Origin: Alphaproteobacteria bacterium UBA1002
GTDB lineage: Bacteria > Pseudomonadota > Alphaproteobacteria > Rickettsiales > UBA998
DNA: 64,000 nucleotides
Assembly: GCA_002291845.1 (NCBI GenBank)
Contig: DBAU01000110.1
Span: 24,030 to 88,029, forward strand
Reading direction: 5' to 3'
Shown here: piece by piece, positions 21,490 to 32,518 of the stretch
Layout: each line of letters begins with the position of its first letter
How positions within the stretch are numbered: position 1 is the stretch's first letter
The notes under the pieces: model-generated
The model's database searches: none
Told to the model about the DNA's origin: nothing
The model's input: only the letters and a program-made list of their open reading frames with translations
Program-made: the position numbers and the translations under genes

Positions 21490-22731
21490 TTAGAAAAGCG
21501 GTTTCCGTGGTGAAAATTCAAGGAAAACGCCTAGATTGGCACATGATTGTCCGTACTCGATATGGGGTACGGCGCGGCAGCGGTCAAGCTGCCACAGCGA
21601 TGGAAGGCTCTGTAAAAGTGCAACCGGAAGCGGCGGGAAGGGGTAAGCCTCTTCGCGCAGCGTTCGATATCCTGACTCTCCGAGCGCACGCAAGCTAAGG
21701 CCTTCCGAACTCGCCATGACATCAAAACGGTGATCCCAACGCAGCCGCTGCCCAGATCGCAGAGAGACCAGGGGTGCCGACTTCTCACGAATGATATAAA
21801 TCCTCCCAGCCCGCGCAGGCAGGAGACGACAGCCATGCAAGGTTGCACCGGAAAAGGCGGAATCTTTCATCATAACGGCCAGCCGTTCCACTTCCACATA
21901 GCGCGGTGCTTCATAATGCCCTCGAACCGTTGCGAGGAGGCGCCCCAGTGCCAGAGCGGCAACCATAGGTTCAGCCATGGCAAAAGCAGATGGCACCAGC
22001 CATCCAAAACCGCCGGGATGGATACCCGACGCACTGGCCAAAAGGGTAAGAACCGCGGAGGGGTCGCGGGTTTGAGGAGTATTTGTGATATGAGGGGACG
22101 CTACGATACCCGCACGCAAGCGCCCCCTGAAAAACCGTGTAGACGTGTTACTGGGATCTTCCAACCACGGCTCACCGCAGGCACGCAACCAATCAAGCAA
22201 CTCTGTCTTGGAAAAGCATAGAAGGGGACGCAACACCCGCATATGCGACCAGTACACACAGGCCGATAGCGCCATATCGGATGCCCCTGCTTGCCTGCGT
22301 GCCTGACGCAAAACTCCGGTTTCATGTGCATCATCAGCATGGTGCCCCACCAAAAGATGCAATACGCCCTGCGCAGCACACCAGGACTGAAGCGCTTCAT
22401 AACGCGCCTGGCGCGCTGCCTGCTGTACATTGCCACGCGGCGTTACGTGAACCTGTAAGACTTCGGCGGCCATGCAGTGCTGAAACGCCCATAACAGCGT
22501 ATCAGCCGCCTCACGGGGGGATTCAGCCCGCAACCCATGATCAACAATCAACGCCGTCACCTTGCCACCCTGCGCCTTGGCCCATTCATCAGCCAGCAAC
22601 GCCAGGGCGCGGCTATCACCGCCCCCCGAAAGCGCGACGGCAAGGTGAGGGTGCGGCTCAAATGGCTCAAAAGCCATCATGGCGCGGCTAAATCGTGCGG
22701 GTAGCATCGCTACGCCCATCACAGGACGCAA
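21490..22731 (-). CDS. tilS: tRNA(Ile)-lysidine synthase
   Basis: PP-loop ALSGGGDS. The start may instead be an internal Met near 22680. Confidence 0.85.
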   Translation of the reverse strand: MRPVMGVAMLPARFSRAMMAFEPFEPHPHLAVALSGGGDSRALALLADEWAKAQGGKVTALIVDHGLRAESPREAADTLLWAFQHCMAAEVLQVHVTPRGNVQQAARQARYEALQSWCAAQGVLHLLVGHHADDAHETGVLRQARRQAGASDMALSACVYWSHMRVLRPLLCFSKTELLDWLRACGEPWLEDPSNTSTRFFRGRLRAGIVASPHITNTPQTRDPSAVLTLLASASGIHPGGFGWLVPSAFAMAEPMVAALALGRLLATVRGHYEAPRYVEVERLAVMMKDSAFSGATLHGCRLLPARAGRIYIIREKSAPLVSLRSGQRLRWDHRFDVMASSEGLSLRALGESGYRTLREEAYPFPPLPVALLQSLPSLWQLDRCRAVPHIEYGQSCANLGVFLEFSPRKPLF

Positions 22732-22764
22732 AAAAAGACGCGCGTAAACGCTGTGTAAGCATGC

Positions 22765-23688
22765 CTAAGGCTGGCAGTTAAGGGTATCTGCCTCACGGCC
22801 GGCACGCCCAAGCACCGTATCCGGGCCCGTTTTGTATTTGATCTGAATTTGCTGCAACACCACGCAAGCCTCCCGCCGCTTATCCAGCTTGGCCAGAGAC
22901 ATCGCAAGTTTCAGAAGATTGTCCGGAGCTTTAACACCTTCCGGCATGGTTTCAAACCCTTGACGGAACTGATCCGCCGCTTGGACATAGTCCTCACGCA
23001 CATAATAGGTCTCGCCGAGCCAATAATAGGCATTACCGAGCAGCTTATCCTTGGGATACTGGCTGATAAACTGTTTAAACGCGGTGGCCGCCTCCGCATA
23101 CTGTGCTTTATTCATCAGGCCAATGGCAGCATTGTAGAGTTCTTTGGCGTTCTGGGTCGTCACCGGCACGCTTGGTTCGGTTTGGGGAGTCACCGGTGTA
23201 CCAGGCACCGGCGGCGTACCTTGTGCCTGTACGGCAGAGGCTGCACTCGGTGAGGTTGCAGTTGCGGCGCTTTCAGCGCCTTGTGCCGTCGCTTCGGCAC
23301 CTGCCTCGGGCGCTACCGCCAGACCAAGGCCAATTTTCTGTTCAATCTGGTTCAACCGATACTCCATATCCTCCTGAAGGAGCTGCAGCTGACGCGCAGA
23401 CTGTTCATTCTGATAACGGCTTTCCTCAACCTGGCCACGCAACTGGCGAAGCTCCTCTTCCAGAGCGGTAAAACGGATCTGCAGATTTGCTGCAGCGGTG
23501 CCTCCTGTATCAGCGGGTGCCGCTGAACGCCCATCGCCGCCACGATAAAGCTGACGCTGCAGGCTTTGCATGTCCCGCTCGATGCGATCCAATCGCTCAG
23601 TGGCGCTCTGGGCATGGCTCATTGTTGCCGCCAGAGCCAGCCAGCAGGCAGTGCTAAGGGTCAGAAGAGAACGAATCGGCAACATCAT
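22765..23688 (-). CDS. cpoB: Tol-Pal system protein CpoB/YbgF
   Basis: Signal peptide, N-terminal coiled coil and C-terminal TPR region (GNAYYWLGETYY). Located downstream of pal. Confidence 0.85.
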   Translation of the reverse strand: MMLPIRSLLTLSTACWLALAATMSHAQSATERLDRIERDMQSLQRQLYRGGDGRSAAPADTGGTAAANLQIRFTALEEELRQLRGQVEESRYQNEQSARQLQLLQEDMEYRLNQIEQKIGLGLAVAPEAGAEATAQGAESAATATSPSAASAVQAQGTPPVPGTPVTPQTEPSVPVTTQNAKELYNAAIGLMNKAQYAEAATAFKQFISQYPKDKLLGNAYYWLGETYYVREDYVQAADQFRQGFETMPEGVKAPDNLLKLAMSLAKLDKRREACVVLQQIQIKYKTGPDTVLGRAGREADTLNCQP

Positions 23689-23749
23689 GTACTACTCCTT
23701 GGAATGCCGCGATTATAACGGCTTTAGGGCCTCATACAACAGGCCGCAT

Positions 23750-23780
23750 AAAAAGAAACCGCCGGGCGATGCCCGGCGGT
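23750..23780 (-). terminator. Rho-independent terminator after pal
   Basis: ccgccgggc-gat-gcccggcgg forms a 9-bp GC stem. On the minus strand it is followed by UUUCUUUU. Confidence 0.55.
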
Positions 23781-23804
23781 TTCCATGTGATCGTAGCTCG
23801 CAGT

Positions 23805-24299
23805 TTAGCGGGCGAGAACGGTAACGGCGCGACGGTTCTGGCTCCAAGCAGCTTCGTTGGAACCGGTGACAGCAGCACGCTCTTTGCCGTAAGAGATCGT
23901 GGTCACGCGAGCCGGGGAAACGCCCAGCGACACCAGGTAGTCCTTGGCGGCATTAGCACGACGCTCACCGAGGGCAAGGTTGTATTCACGGGTGCCGCGC
24001 TCGTCGCAGTGACCTTCAACAACGACGTTCACGCCGCCATTGCTTTTCAGCCAGCCTGCTTGCTTTTCGAGCGTTGCTTGCGCTTGGCCGTCCAGTACGG
24101 AGCTGTCCAGAGCGAAGAATACGCGGTCAGAAACGCCCGGAGCGAGTTGCTGCAGGCTATCGGAGCCGGAACCGTATTCGCCGTTTGCACCGCTGCCGGA
24201 AGCCGAGCCGTCTTCGCCCGGGGTTTCGCACGCAGCAAGGAACAGGAACGAAGAGAGCACGAGGCCCAATTTAAGCGTAGTGTTCATTTTATTCTCCAT
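23805..24299 (-). CDS. pal: Peptidoglycan-associated lipoprotein
   Basis: Lipobox FLAAC and an OmpA-like C-terminal domain (EGHCDERGTREYNLALGERRA). The start may be the Met at 24287. Confidence 0.9.
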   Translation of the reverse strand: MENKMNTTLKLGLVLSSFLFLAACETPGEDGSASGSGANGEYGSGSDSLQQLAPGVSDRVFFALDSSVLDGQAQATLEKQAGWLKSNGGVNVVVEGHCDERGTREYNLALGERRANAAKDYLVSLGVSPARVTTISYGKERAAVTGSNEAAWSQNRRAVTVLAR

Positions 24300-24400
24300 G
24301 AGTGATGTTCGGTGGCCTTGTTATTATGCATCGGACGGGTAATTCTCAATACCCCCCTCACATTTTTTGCCGGTTGTATTTCCTTTGGGTCCGAGGAGTG

Positions 24401-25732
24401 TCATAAAGGCAACAGTGGAGACCATGCCGGGTCTGTGGCGTCTACCGGGGTCACGACCTGACGGAGATTTCTCCCGGTAATGTCAATGGAATACAGGCGG
24501 ATAGATCCGTTTGGAGCACTCTGCTGGTTAAACATGAGCACGCGTCCATTCGGCGCCCAGGTCGGGCCTTCCGCCAACCAGCTTTCGTGCAGCATACGCT
24601 CACCGCTTCCATCCGCACGCATGATGCCGATAAAGAAGCGGCCGGCGGCTATTTTTGTGAACGCAATATAGTCACCCCGAGGCGACCAGACTGGTGTGCC
24701 ATAGCGTCCATCGCCAAAGCTGAGGCGTTGTACGCCGCTACCATCGGCGTTCATAATATAGAGCTGCTGAGATCCGCCACGGTCAGAGTTGAAGACAATC
24801 CGCCGCCCGTCCGGGGAATAGGACGGCGAGGTGTCAATCGACGGGCTATCGGTCAGCTTGCGCATATTGCGCGAGCGCAGGTCCATTTCGAAAAGATCGG
24901 TATTCCCGTTCTTTGCAATCGACATGGCTAAACGCGTACCGTCCGCGTTGAAGCGGGGCGCGAATGACATACCCTGGAATGTACCCAGAGATTCCTCACG
25001 GCCGGTCTGCAAGTCACGCAGATACACGCGGGGTTGCTTGCCCGCATAGGACATATAGACGATTTCCTGCGTATCCGGGGCAAAACGTGGCGTCATCACC
25101 AGATAATTTCCCGCGGTGAGAAACTTATGATTCTCGCCATCCTGATCCATGATAGCCAGCCGCTTAACGCGCTTATTCTTGGGCCCGGTTTCAGAAACAT
25201 ACACCACGCGGGTATCGAAATAACCTTCCTCGCCCGTGATACGCTTATAAATTTCATCCGCAATCAGGTGGGCGATGCGCCGCCAGTTGCGATTGAACGT
25301 ATCATATTGCTTTCCTGCTACTTGCTGCTCCCCGTAAATATCCCACAGACGGAAGCTGACTTTTACTTTGCCCGGACCTGTTGGCACCACGCTGCCAATC
25401 ACCAGCCCCGCCGTGTTAATCTGACGCCAGTCAGCAAAACGTGGCACGTTGGTAGCAAAAGTGATCTGCTCAATAAACGCACTTTGCGAAATGGGACGGA
25501 ACAACCCCGAACGCTCGAGGTCGGCCGCAATAACCTGGGCCATATCGCGCCCAATTTGTGCAGCTTCTGCGCTGTTTGAAGTAAAATCTGCAACAGCAAT
25601 TGGTAGGGGCTCAAAGCCTCCCTGCGTGATGTCCAAGCGCAGCTGTGCCTGTGCCGCAGAAGCACCCAGTGCGATGGTCAGAAAAAAAATGGCGCGGCGT
25701 AACGTGGAGAAAAAAGTCATGATCGGTCTCAC
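24401..25732 (-). CDS. tolB: Tol-Pal system beta-propeller protein
   Basis: Signal peptide, TolB N-terminal domain and repeated propeller blades (SPDG..., WSPRGD...). Confidence 0.95.
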   Translation of the reverse strand: MRPIMTFFSTLRRAIFFLTIALGASAAQAQLRLDITQGGFEPLPIAVADFTSNSAEAAQIGRDMAQVIAADLERSGLFRPISQSAFIEQITFATNVPRFADWRQINTAGLVIGSVVPTGPGKVKVSFRLWDIYGEQQVAGKQYDTFNRNWRRIAHLIADEIYKRITGEEGYFDTRVVYVSETGPKNKRVKRLAIMDQDGENHKFLTAGNYLVMTPRFAPDTQEIVYMSYAGKQPRVYLRDLQTGREESLGTFQGMSFAPRFNADGTRLAMSIAKNGNTDLFEMDLRSRNMRKLTDSPSIDTSPSYSPDGRRIVFNSDRGGSQQLYIMNADGSGVQRLSFGDGRYGTPVWSPRGDYIAFTKIAAGRFFIGIMRADGSGERMLHESWLAEGPTWAPNGRVLMFNQQSAPNGSIRLYSIDITGRNLRQVVTPVDATDPAWSPLLPL

Positions 25733-25881
25733 ACAGGTTGGGTCAGAATCAAGTCAGGTCTTACTTCATGGCGGGCGGATGGGTCAAATGTCAATTGATC
25801 AATGCAACACGCCACATGTTTGCCCAAAAGGGATCGTGTGGATACAGCCATACAGCGATAAAATCTGCTGATTCAGCGTAG

Positions 25882-26724
25882 CTAGTAGAGGAATCGCGGA
25901 TCGAACGTGAGTTCCATCTCGCCCCAGCTGCCATGCTTGGAGGGGTCGAGGTTCTTCAGCGGCGCACAGCGGCCCACCGCACGCAAAGCCGCATCCGCTG
26001 CGGCGCGGAAGTTCGGCTGGCTGAGCATCCCGGACTGCCCTGCCGCCAGCATTGGCTGGCCCACCAGCGTGCCATCCGGATTAAAGTTCGCTTTCACGAT
26101 AACCTTCAGCGAGTAGTCATTCTTCACCCCTGCCGGTGGATTCCAGCAGCGCACGAATTGCTGCACGATGGCATCACGCTCAGAAAGCGAGAGGGGCTTG
26201 CTCGGATCATAATCATGGCCCTTCATCGTGGTGCCCGCCTCGTCCGGCTTGGCCTTCTCATCCACTGCATCGGATTGCTGAGCGCTTTGGCGGACGTTTT
26301 TCAAAATCTCGTCCAGCGCATCTTTCTCGTTTTTCGGCTCCGGTGTTTTTTCCGCGGACTGCTTTTTGGGCTGCTCTTTGGGCGGCTCCGGCTTCTGCTC
26401 CTCTTTCTTCTCGGCTTCTTTCACCGGCGTTGGCTTGGGAAGCGGCACGCTTTCTTTCTTGGGTTCAGCGGGCTTAGGAGGTGCCGATTTTTGTGGCACG
26501 GCTTTGGGCGTTGGCTTGGGCGGCGCTTCTTTCTTGGCCAGCGGCAAGGTGGAGGGCTTGACGTTGGAGACCGCACTGATCGGCAGCACTTCCACACTGA
26601 TGGCCACTGGCTCCGGCTCGGTTGAATCAAACCAGTCAGGCAGCCCGGCAATAGCAAACAATACGATCGCCAGATGCAGGCTGACCGAGTAGAAGATACT
26701 GCGCTGATCAAGATCGGTTTTCAT
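25882..26724 (-). CDS. tolA: Cell envelope integrity protein TolA
   Basis: N-terminal TM segment, long K/P/E/A-rich spacer and a small C-terminal globular domain. Positioned between tolR and tolB. Confidence 0.7.
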   Translation of the reverse strand: MKTDLDQRSIFYSVSLHLAIVLFAIAGLPDWFDSTEPEPVAISVEVLPISAVSNVKPSTLPLAKKEAPPKPTPKAVPQKSAPPKPAEPKKESVPLPKPTPVKEAEKKEEQKPEPPKEQPKKQSAEKTPEPKNEKDALDEILKNVRQSAQQSDAVDEKAKPDEAGTTMKGHDYDPSKPLSLSERDAIVQQFVRCWNPPAGVKNDYSLKVIVKANFNPDGTLVGQPMLAAGQSGMLSQPNFRAAADAALRAVGRCAPLKNLDPSKHGSWGEMELTFDPRFLY

Positions 26725-26751
26725 GGAACGGGAATGCTGCGCCTTCGATCG

Positions 26752-27213
26752 CTATTTTTTCACCGGCATCTCGCCGATGGTTTCCGACACCAGCGCTACT
26801 TTGGTAAGGCCCGCACCGTTGATCTCACCGATCACCTGCATCACTTTGCCGTAATCCACCACCTTGTCACCGCGCACAAAGACGCGCATGTCTTTGTTTT
26901 CCTGCGCCACGGCCTCCAGGCGGCCACGCAGCTTTTCCAACGGGATTTTTTCTTTCTGAATATAGATATCGCCTTTGGGATCAATGCTCACAGCCAGCAC
27001 TTCTTCCTTCCCCGGAAGCGGCTTGGCGTTGGTTTCCGGCAGGTCAACCGTCACTCCGGCAGTGAGCATCGGCGCGGCCACCATGAAAATGATGAGCAAC
27101 ACCAGCATCACGTCCACCATCGGCGTCACGTTGATGTCGTTAAACGTCCCATGCCCGCCTCCCCGACGGCTGCGGCGGCTGCTACCACCTCCTGATCCGA
27201 CACTTGCACCCAT
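26752..27213 (-). CDS. tolR: Tol-Pal system protein TolR (ExbD family)
   Basis: Single TM segment INVTPMVDVMLVLLIIFMV and an ExbD-like periplasmic domain. Confidence 0.85.
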   Translation of the reverse strand: MGASVGSGGGSSRRSRRGGGHGTFNDINVTPMVDVMLVLLIIFMVAAPMLTAGVTVDLPETNAKPLPGKEEVLAVSIDPKGDIYIQKEKIPLEKLRGRLEAVAQENKDMRVFVRGDKVVDYGKVMQVIGEINGAGLTKVALVSETIGEMPVKK

Positions 27214-27320
27214 ATCATTCCCCTGTTAGCGGGCGACGCTCACAATCACCCAAAAATGCGTTAGGATTACCACTCATCTCCGTCTTCGCTACCGGTGGCG
27301 GCCGGCCCGTCCCGCTCCTT

Positions 27321-28079
27321 TCAAGCAGCGGCGGAAAGCTCCGTCTGGCGGGACAGCAGCGCCTCAAACTCTACGCTGAAATCTTCCAGCCGCCCCGCAA
27401 ACTTATTTAGCTCACCGTTGAAACGGTTATACGCAATCACTGCTGGAATCGCCGCAAACAGTCCAATCGCCGTTGCTAAAAGTGCTTCTGCAATCCCAGG
27501 CGCTACGACCGCAAGCGACGTGTTTTTGGAAACGGCAATACTCTGAAAGCTGTTCATAATCCCCCAGACCGTGCCGAACAATCCGATAAACGGTGCAGAG
27601 GAACCAACCGTCGCAAGGAAGCCGAGGCCTTTTTCCAGCTCATCCAGCTCACGGTTACGCGCCACGCCCATAATCTGTGCAATGCGCTCTTTCATCCCTG
27701 CCCCGGAGAGACGGGCGCGGCCAGTGGTTTTAGAAGAGCGGAACCATTCTTCCATCGCCGCCATGAACACTATCGCATACGGATGATTGGCGCGCCGCTT
27801 CACTTTTTCATAGAAACCATCGAGCGCATCCGCGGACCAGAAATCACTCTCGAATTTGGCCGAACGCTGCTTGATGGTCTTAAAGCGCATGATTTTGTCG
27901 AAGATGATCGCCCAGGTCCAGATAGAAGCCATGATCAGGGCGATCATCACAAATTTGACGACCAGATCGGCCTGCATGAACATACCCCAAGCGGACATAT
28001 CCGCCTGAGCGACATTGCCTGCGAGTTCTGTGGCGCCGACGGCGTCAACTGCCGTGCTTACATTCGTACTGTCCGTCAT
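27321..28079 (-). CDS. tolQ: Tol-Pal system protein TolQ (MotA/ExbB family)
   Basis: Three TM segments and PFIGLFGTVWGIMNSF. Confidence 0.9.
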   Translation of the reverse strand: MTDSTNVSTAVDAVGATELAGNVAQADMSAWGMFMQADLVVKFVMIALIMASIWTWAIIFDKIMRFKTIKQRSAKFESDFWSADALDGFYEKVKRRANHPYAIVFMAAMEEWFRSSKTTGRARLSGAGMKERIAQIMGVARNRELDELEKGLGFLATVGSSAPFIGLFGTVWGIMNSFQSIAVSKNTSLAVVAPGIAEALLATAIGLFAAIPAVIAYNRFNGELNKFAGRLEDFSVEFEALLSRQTELSAAA

Positions 28080-28552
28080 GGGACATCCTCCCCCTGATCC
28101 TGTGGCCGTAAATGGCTGGTGATTTTCTGCATGATGGCGTCCGGCAGCGGCGCGGGCCGCAGACTTGCCGCATCGACCGTGACGATTTCGACCTCAAGGC
28201 GCGCAATCTCACGCTCAGCGCGGCTTAGACGCTGGGTCATACTCATACGGGCTTTCTTGGTGCGATGCAACGATGTTTCAACAATCAATACATCATCCAG
28301 ATGCGCCGGGGCTAGATAATCCACGGTGATGCGGCGTACAAGAAACAGAAAGCCCGCCTCCCCGGCCATCTCGCGCTGCTGCAGCCCGCAGGCGCGCAAG
28401 GCTTCCGTGCGGGCGCGCTCGGCAAACCGCAAATGGTTGGCGTGATACATCACCCCGCCCGCGTCGGTATCCTCATAGTAGACGCGGTAAGCAATCTGGT
28501 GGGAACCATCCAGGAAATGACCGGAATCGGGGGAAATCTGGATGCACGTCAT
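28076..28552 (-). CDS. ybgC: Tol-Pal-associated acyl-CoA thioesterase (4HBT hotdog)
   Basis: YEDTDAGGVMYHANHLRF. Overlaps tolQ by 4 nt. Confidence 0.8.
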   Translation of the reverse strand: MTCIQISPDSGHFLDGSHQIAYRVYYEDTDAGGVMYHANHLRFAERARTEALRACGLQQREMAGEAGFLFLVRRITVDYLAPAHLDDVLIVETSLHRTKKARMSMTQRLSRAEREIARLEVEIVTVDAASLRPAPLPDAIMQKITSHLRPQDQGEDVP

Positions 28553-28597
28553 GATCTGGCGTTAGCAGGTCAGAGTTAAAAAAGCCCTAATGCAGCG

Positions 28598-29644
<1,047 letters not shown>

Positions 29645-29702
29645 ACGAATCTCTTACCTTATGTTCTCTCATCCTTCGCCTTACGGGGGATGATGGATGT
29701 GT

Positions 29703-30338
29703 TTACGCGGCCAGATAGCGCAGGCAGAGGGGAATGAGCTCTTCCACCTTCTCTGCGCCGGACTCCTGTACAGCGCGTGCAACAGCCGAGAACGCATCCA
29801 CACGGGCATACCCGAGGTTCACCAAAGCAGAAACCGCCTCCTGACGAGCGGCCTGCCCGGGCTCTGGCGACGTTGCTTTGCCTTTACCGCCACGCGAAGG
29901 CTCCAGCGCGATGGGGACGCTGAGTGCCGCCGCGAGCGTCGGAATCTTATTCTTCAGCTCGGTGATAATACGTTCCGCCAGGCGCGGCCCAACACCGTTG
30001 GCACGGGTGAGCATAGTTTTATCCTGCGCGGCAATTGCGTCGGAGATTTCATCGGTCGACAGCGCTCCGAGCAACGAAAGCGCCATCTTGCTTCCCACGC
30101 CCTGCACCGAGGTGAGGGTGCGGAACCATTGCCGCTCCGCTTCGCTCAAAAAGCCGTAGAGATGGATATGGTCTTCGCGCACATGCGTCTCGATCCACAG
30201 CGTCACCTCGCCCTGCACATTTTGCAGCTGGGCCAGCGCACGCGACGCGGCGAAGACGAGATAGCCCACGCCATTCACATCGAGGATCGCGTGATCCTCT
30301 GCAACCGTATCAAGTCTACCGCGTAGTTTACCGATCAT
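29703..30338 (-). CDS. ruvA: Holliday junction DNA helicase subunit RuvA
   Basis: MIGKLRG N-terminus and HhH motifs (VQGVGSKMAL, ANGVGPRLAERI). Confidence 0.9.
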   Translation of the reverse strand: MIGKLRGRLDTVAEDHAILDVNGVGYLVFAASRALAQLQNVQGEVTLWIETHVREDHIHLYGFLSEAERQWFRTLTSVQGVGSKMALSLLGALSTDEISDAIAAQDKTMLTRANGVGPRLAERIITELKNKIPTLAAALSVPIALEPSRGGKGKATSPEPGQAARQEAVSALVNLGYARVDAFSAVARAVQESGAEKVEELIPLCLRYLAA

Positions 30339-30411
30339 GGATAAAATGTATCAACTGTTGGGTGTATGACGGAGAAGAATAAAGAATTTTTGGAGCAAAA
30401 CCAATCGCCGA

Positions 30412-30855
30412 TTATCCGTTCTTATTCACGTACTGCGCCCATTTTATCGGAGCTTCCACCTCGCCATTGAGCCAAGCAAACATGTCTTCACCCCCGATGG
30501 TCATCCCCATCATGATTTCCTCATCGCCCGCGGCCTGCCGCTTCATAAACGCCGCGAAGAGCAGCGGCCCTTCCTGCGGGCCGTAGAGGTCAGTGAAAAT
30601 GGCTTGATGCACCACAAACCCGCTGGCGTCGGAATCGATGCCACGCATGGCCGCCACCGCTTCGGTGAAGCCCGCAATATAGCCGAGGGAGAAGCCATCC
30701 TTCGCGGGGGCAGGCAGCCCCTGCTCAATGCCATCCATCTGGCTCATTTGCGTGCGCAGCGCCTCCACCAGAAACTGCGCCGCCTGCGCGATGATGCCCG
30801 CCGACTCCGGCTTGGCACGCTGCGGCTTTGCTTTCCCAAATAACCATCCCAACAT
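30412..30855 (-). CDS. Hypothetical protein embedded in the ruvC-ruvA interval
   Basis: 147-aa ORF that starts 3 nt after the ruvC stop. No family recognised. Confidence 0.5.
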   Translation of the reverse strand: MLGWLFGKAKPQRAKPESAGIIAQAAQFLVEALRTQMSQMDGIEQGLPAPAKDGFSLGYIAGFTEAVAAMRGIDSDASGFVVHQAIFTDLYGPQEGPLLFAAFMKRQAAGDEEIMMGMTIGGEDMFAWLNGEVEAPIKWAQYVNKNG

Positions 30856-30858
30856 CGT

Positions 30859-31368
30859 CTACGCTTCCACTCCCATGTTGATATACGGCGTGATGCCCTG
30901 ATGCTGGGCATGGGTGATGGCAATCGCCAGCGCATCCATGGCATCCAGCCCGTGACTGCCGCACCCGGGCAGCAGGGTCTGCACCATCATATCGACTTGT
31001 GCTTTGTCCGCGCGGCCGGCACCGACCACGGTTTTCTTTACCAGATTCGGGGCATATTCGCTCACCGAAAGCCCCGCCTGCGCCAGCGACAAGAGCAGCG
31101 CACCGCGTGCATTACCCAGCTTGAGGGTGGCGTTGGCATTGACATTGACAAAGGTTTCCTCAATCGCAGCGCAGGTGGGGCGATGCTGTTCAATGATCGC
31201 CTGCAGCGCGTGATGAAGCACCAGCAAACGCTCACTGAGCGGCAGTTTGGTGTCTGGCTTGATGACCCCGCAGGCCACAAACGATAAGCGGCTTCCCTCA
31301 CTCTCCACCATGCCCCAACCACAGCGCACCAGGCCGGGATCAATACCGAGGATGCGCGACTTACGCAC
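30859..31368 (-). CDS. ruvC: Crossover junction endodeoxyribonuclease RuvC
   Basis: ILGIDPG catalytic Asp region and RNase H-like fold. Overlaps the yebC-family gene by 8 nt. Confidence 0.9.
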   Translation of the reverse strand: MRKSRILGIDPGLVRCGWGMVESEGSRLSFVACGVIKPDTKLPLSERLLVLHHALQAIIEQHRPTCAAIEETFVNVNANATLKLGNARGALLLSLAQAGLSVSEYAPNLVKKTVVGAGRADKAQVDMMVQTLLPGCGSHGLDAMDALAIAITHAQHQGITPYINMGVEA

Positions 31369-32110
31369 TGAGCCTCATCAAAATCTCTTCTGACACTTCA
31401 AAGTTAGAGGTCACTTCCTGCACGTCGTCATTATCCTCCAGCAGATCAATCAGCTTAAGCAAGGATTTGGCCTGCTCCTCATCGACGGGCGCGGTGGTTT
31501 TGGGAATCCATGCCAGCTTGGCGGATTTCGGCTCACCGAATTTTGCCTCAAGCGCCCGCGACACTTCATGCAGCGCATCCATCGCGCAGGTGATGACATG
31601 GGCTTCGGACGAGGATTCACAGTTGTCCGCCCCAGCCTCGATAACCGCTTCGAACATCGCTTCTTCATTCGCCACGGACGCTGGGTACTCAATGCGACCC
31701 AACCGGTCGAACATGAAGCTGACCGAACCGGTCTCGCCCATATTGCCGCCCGCTTTAGTGAAGGCCGCACGCACTTCGGAGGCGGTGCGGTTGCGGTTAT
31801 CGGTCAGCGCATCGACGATGATGGCCACCCCGCCGGGACCGTAGCCTTCATAGCGGATCTCGTCATAATTGTCGCCGCCCGCCTCGCCGGTGGCTTTCTT
31901 GATAGCGCCCTCGATTTTGTCGCGCGGCATGTTCTCGACGCGCGCCGCCTGAATCGCCGCGCGCAGACGGGGATTGGCCGCCGGATCGGGCAGGCCGGTT
32001 TTCGCCGCCACGGTGATTTCGCGGATCAGCTTGGTAAACAGCTTGGAGCGCTTTTTATCCTGCGCCCCTTTGCGGTGCATAATGTTCTTAAACTGGGAAT
32101 GACCTGCCAT
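31361..32110 (-). CDS. YebC/PmpR family DNA-binding regulator
   Basis: [16 protein letters not shown]-terminus and full-length YebC-like layout. Confidence 0.9.
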   Translation of the reverse strand: MAGHSQFKNIMHRKGAQDKKRSKLFTKLIREITVAAKTGLPDPAANPRLRAAIQAARVENMPRDKIEGAIKKATGEAGGDNYDEIRYEGYGPGGVAIIVDALTDNRNRTASEVRAAFTKAGGNMGETGSVSFMFDRLGRIEYPASVANEEAMFEAVIEAGADNCESSSEAHVITCAMDALHEVSRALEAKFGEPKSAKLAWIPKTTAPVDEEQAKSLLKLIDLLEDNDDVQEVTSNFEVSEEILMRLSA

Positions 32111-32518
32111 GGGATGCCTGAATTAATGTTTTTTCAGGCTATAGCATGCCTTCTTAGAAGCAGGCAAGATGCGCGTTTAACAGCAGACGGATGGATCAGA
32201 CCATTTGAACTTCGCGCTTTGCTTCCATGCCGGGCGTTGCAAGCGGGGTTATATTCCCCAACTGGGTGATCGGGACGTGTTGGGCTTCACTAACGCCTGC
32301 TCTAAGCATGACCTTTGCCGGCTCTTCGATAGAGCCTGCGTGGCGCTCAATGAACGAGCCAGGAAGCAGACGAGTTAAAAGACCAGACATATCACTTTAA
32401 ATATTAATTCCAAGATAGTTAATATTTATTAAACGCATTTAACATAATTCGCATTTAACTCTCTATAAGAGCTTTTTGGCAGGAAAATATATGAAATACA
32501 AATGATAATGAGGTTATA

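Noticed and set aside
32196-32390. 64-aa minus-strand ORF downstream of the yebC-family gene.
   Set aside because: It has no recognisable family or convincing ribosome-binding site and sits in a transition to AT-rich spacer. There is not enough evidence to call a gene.
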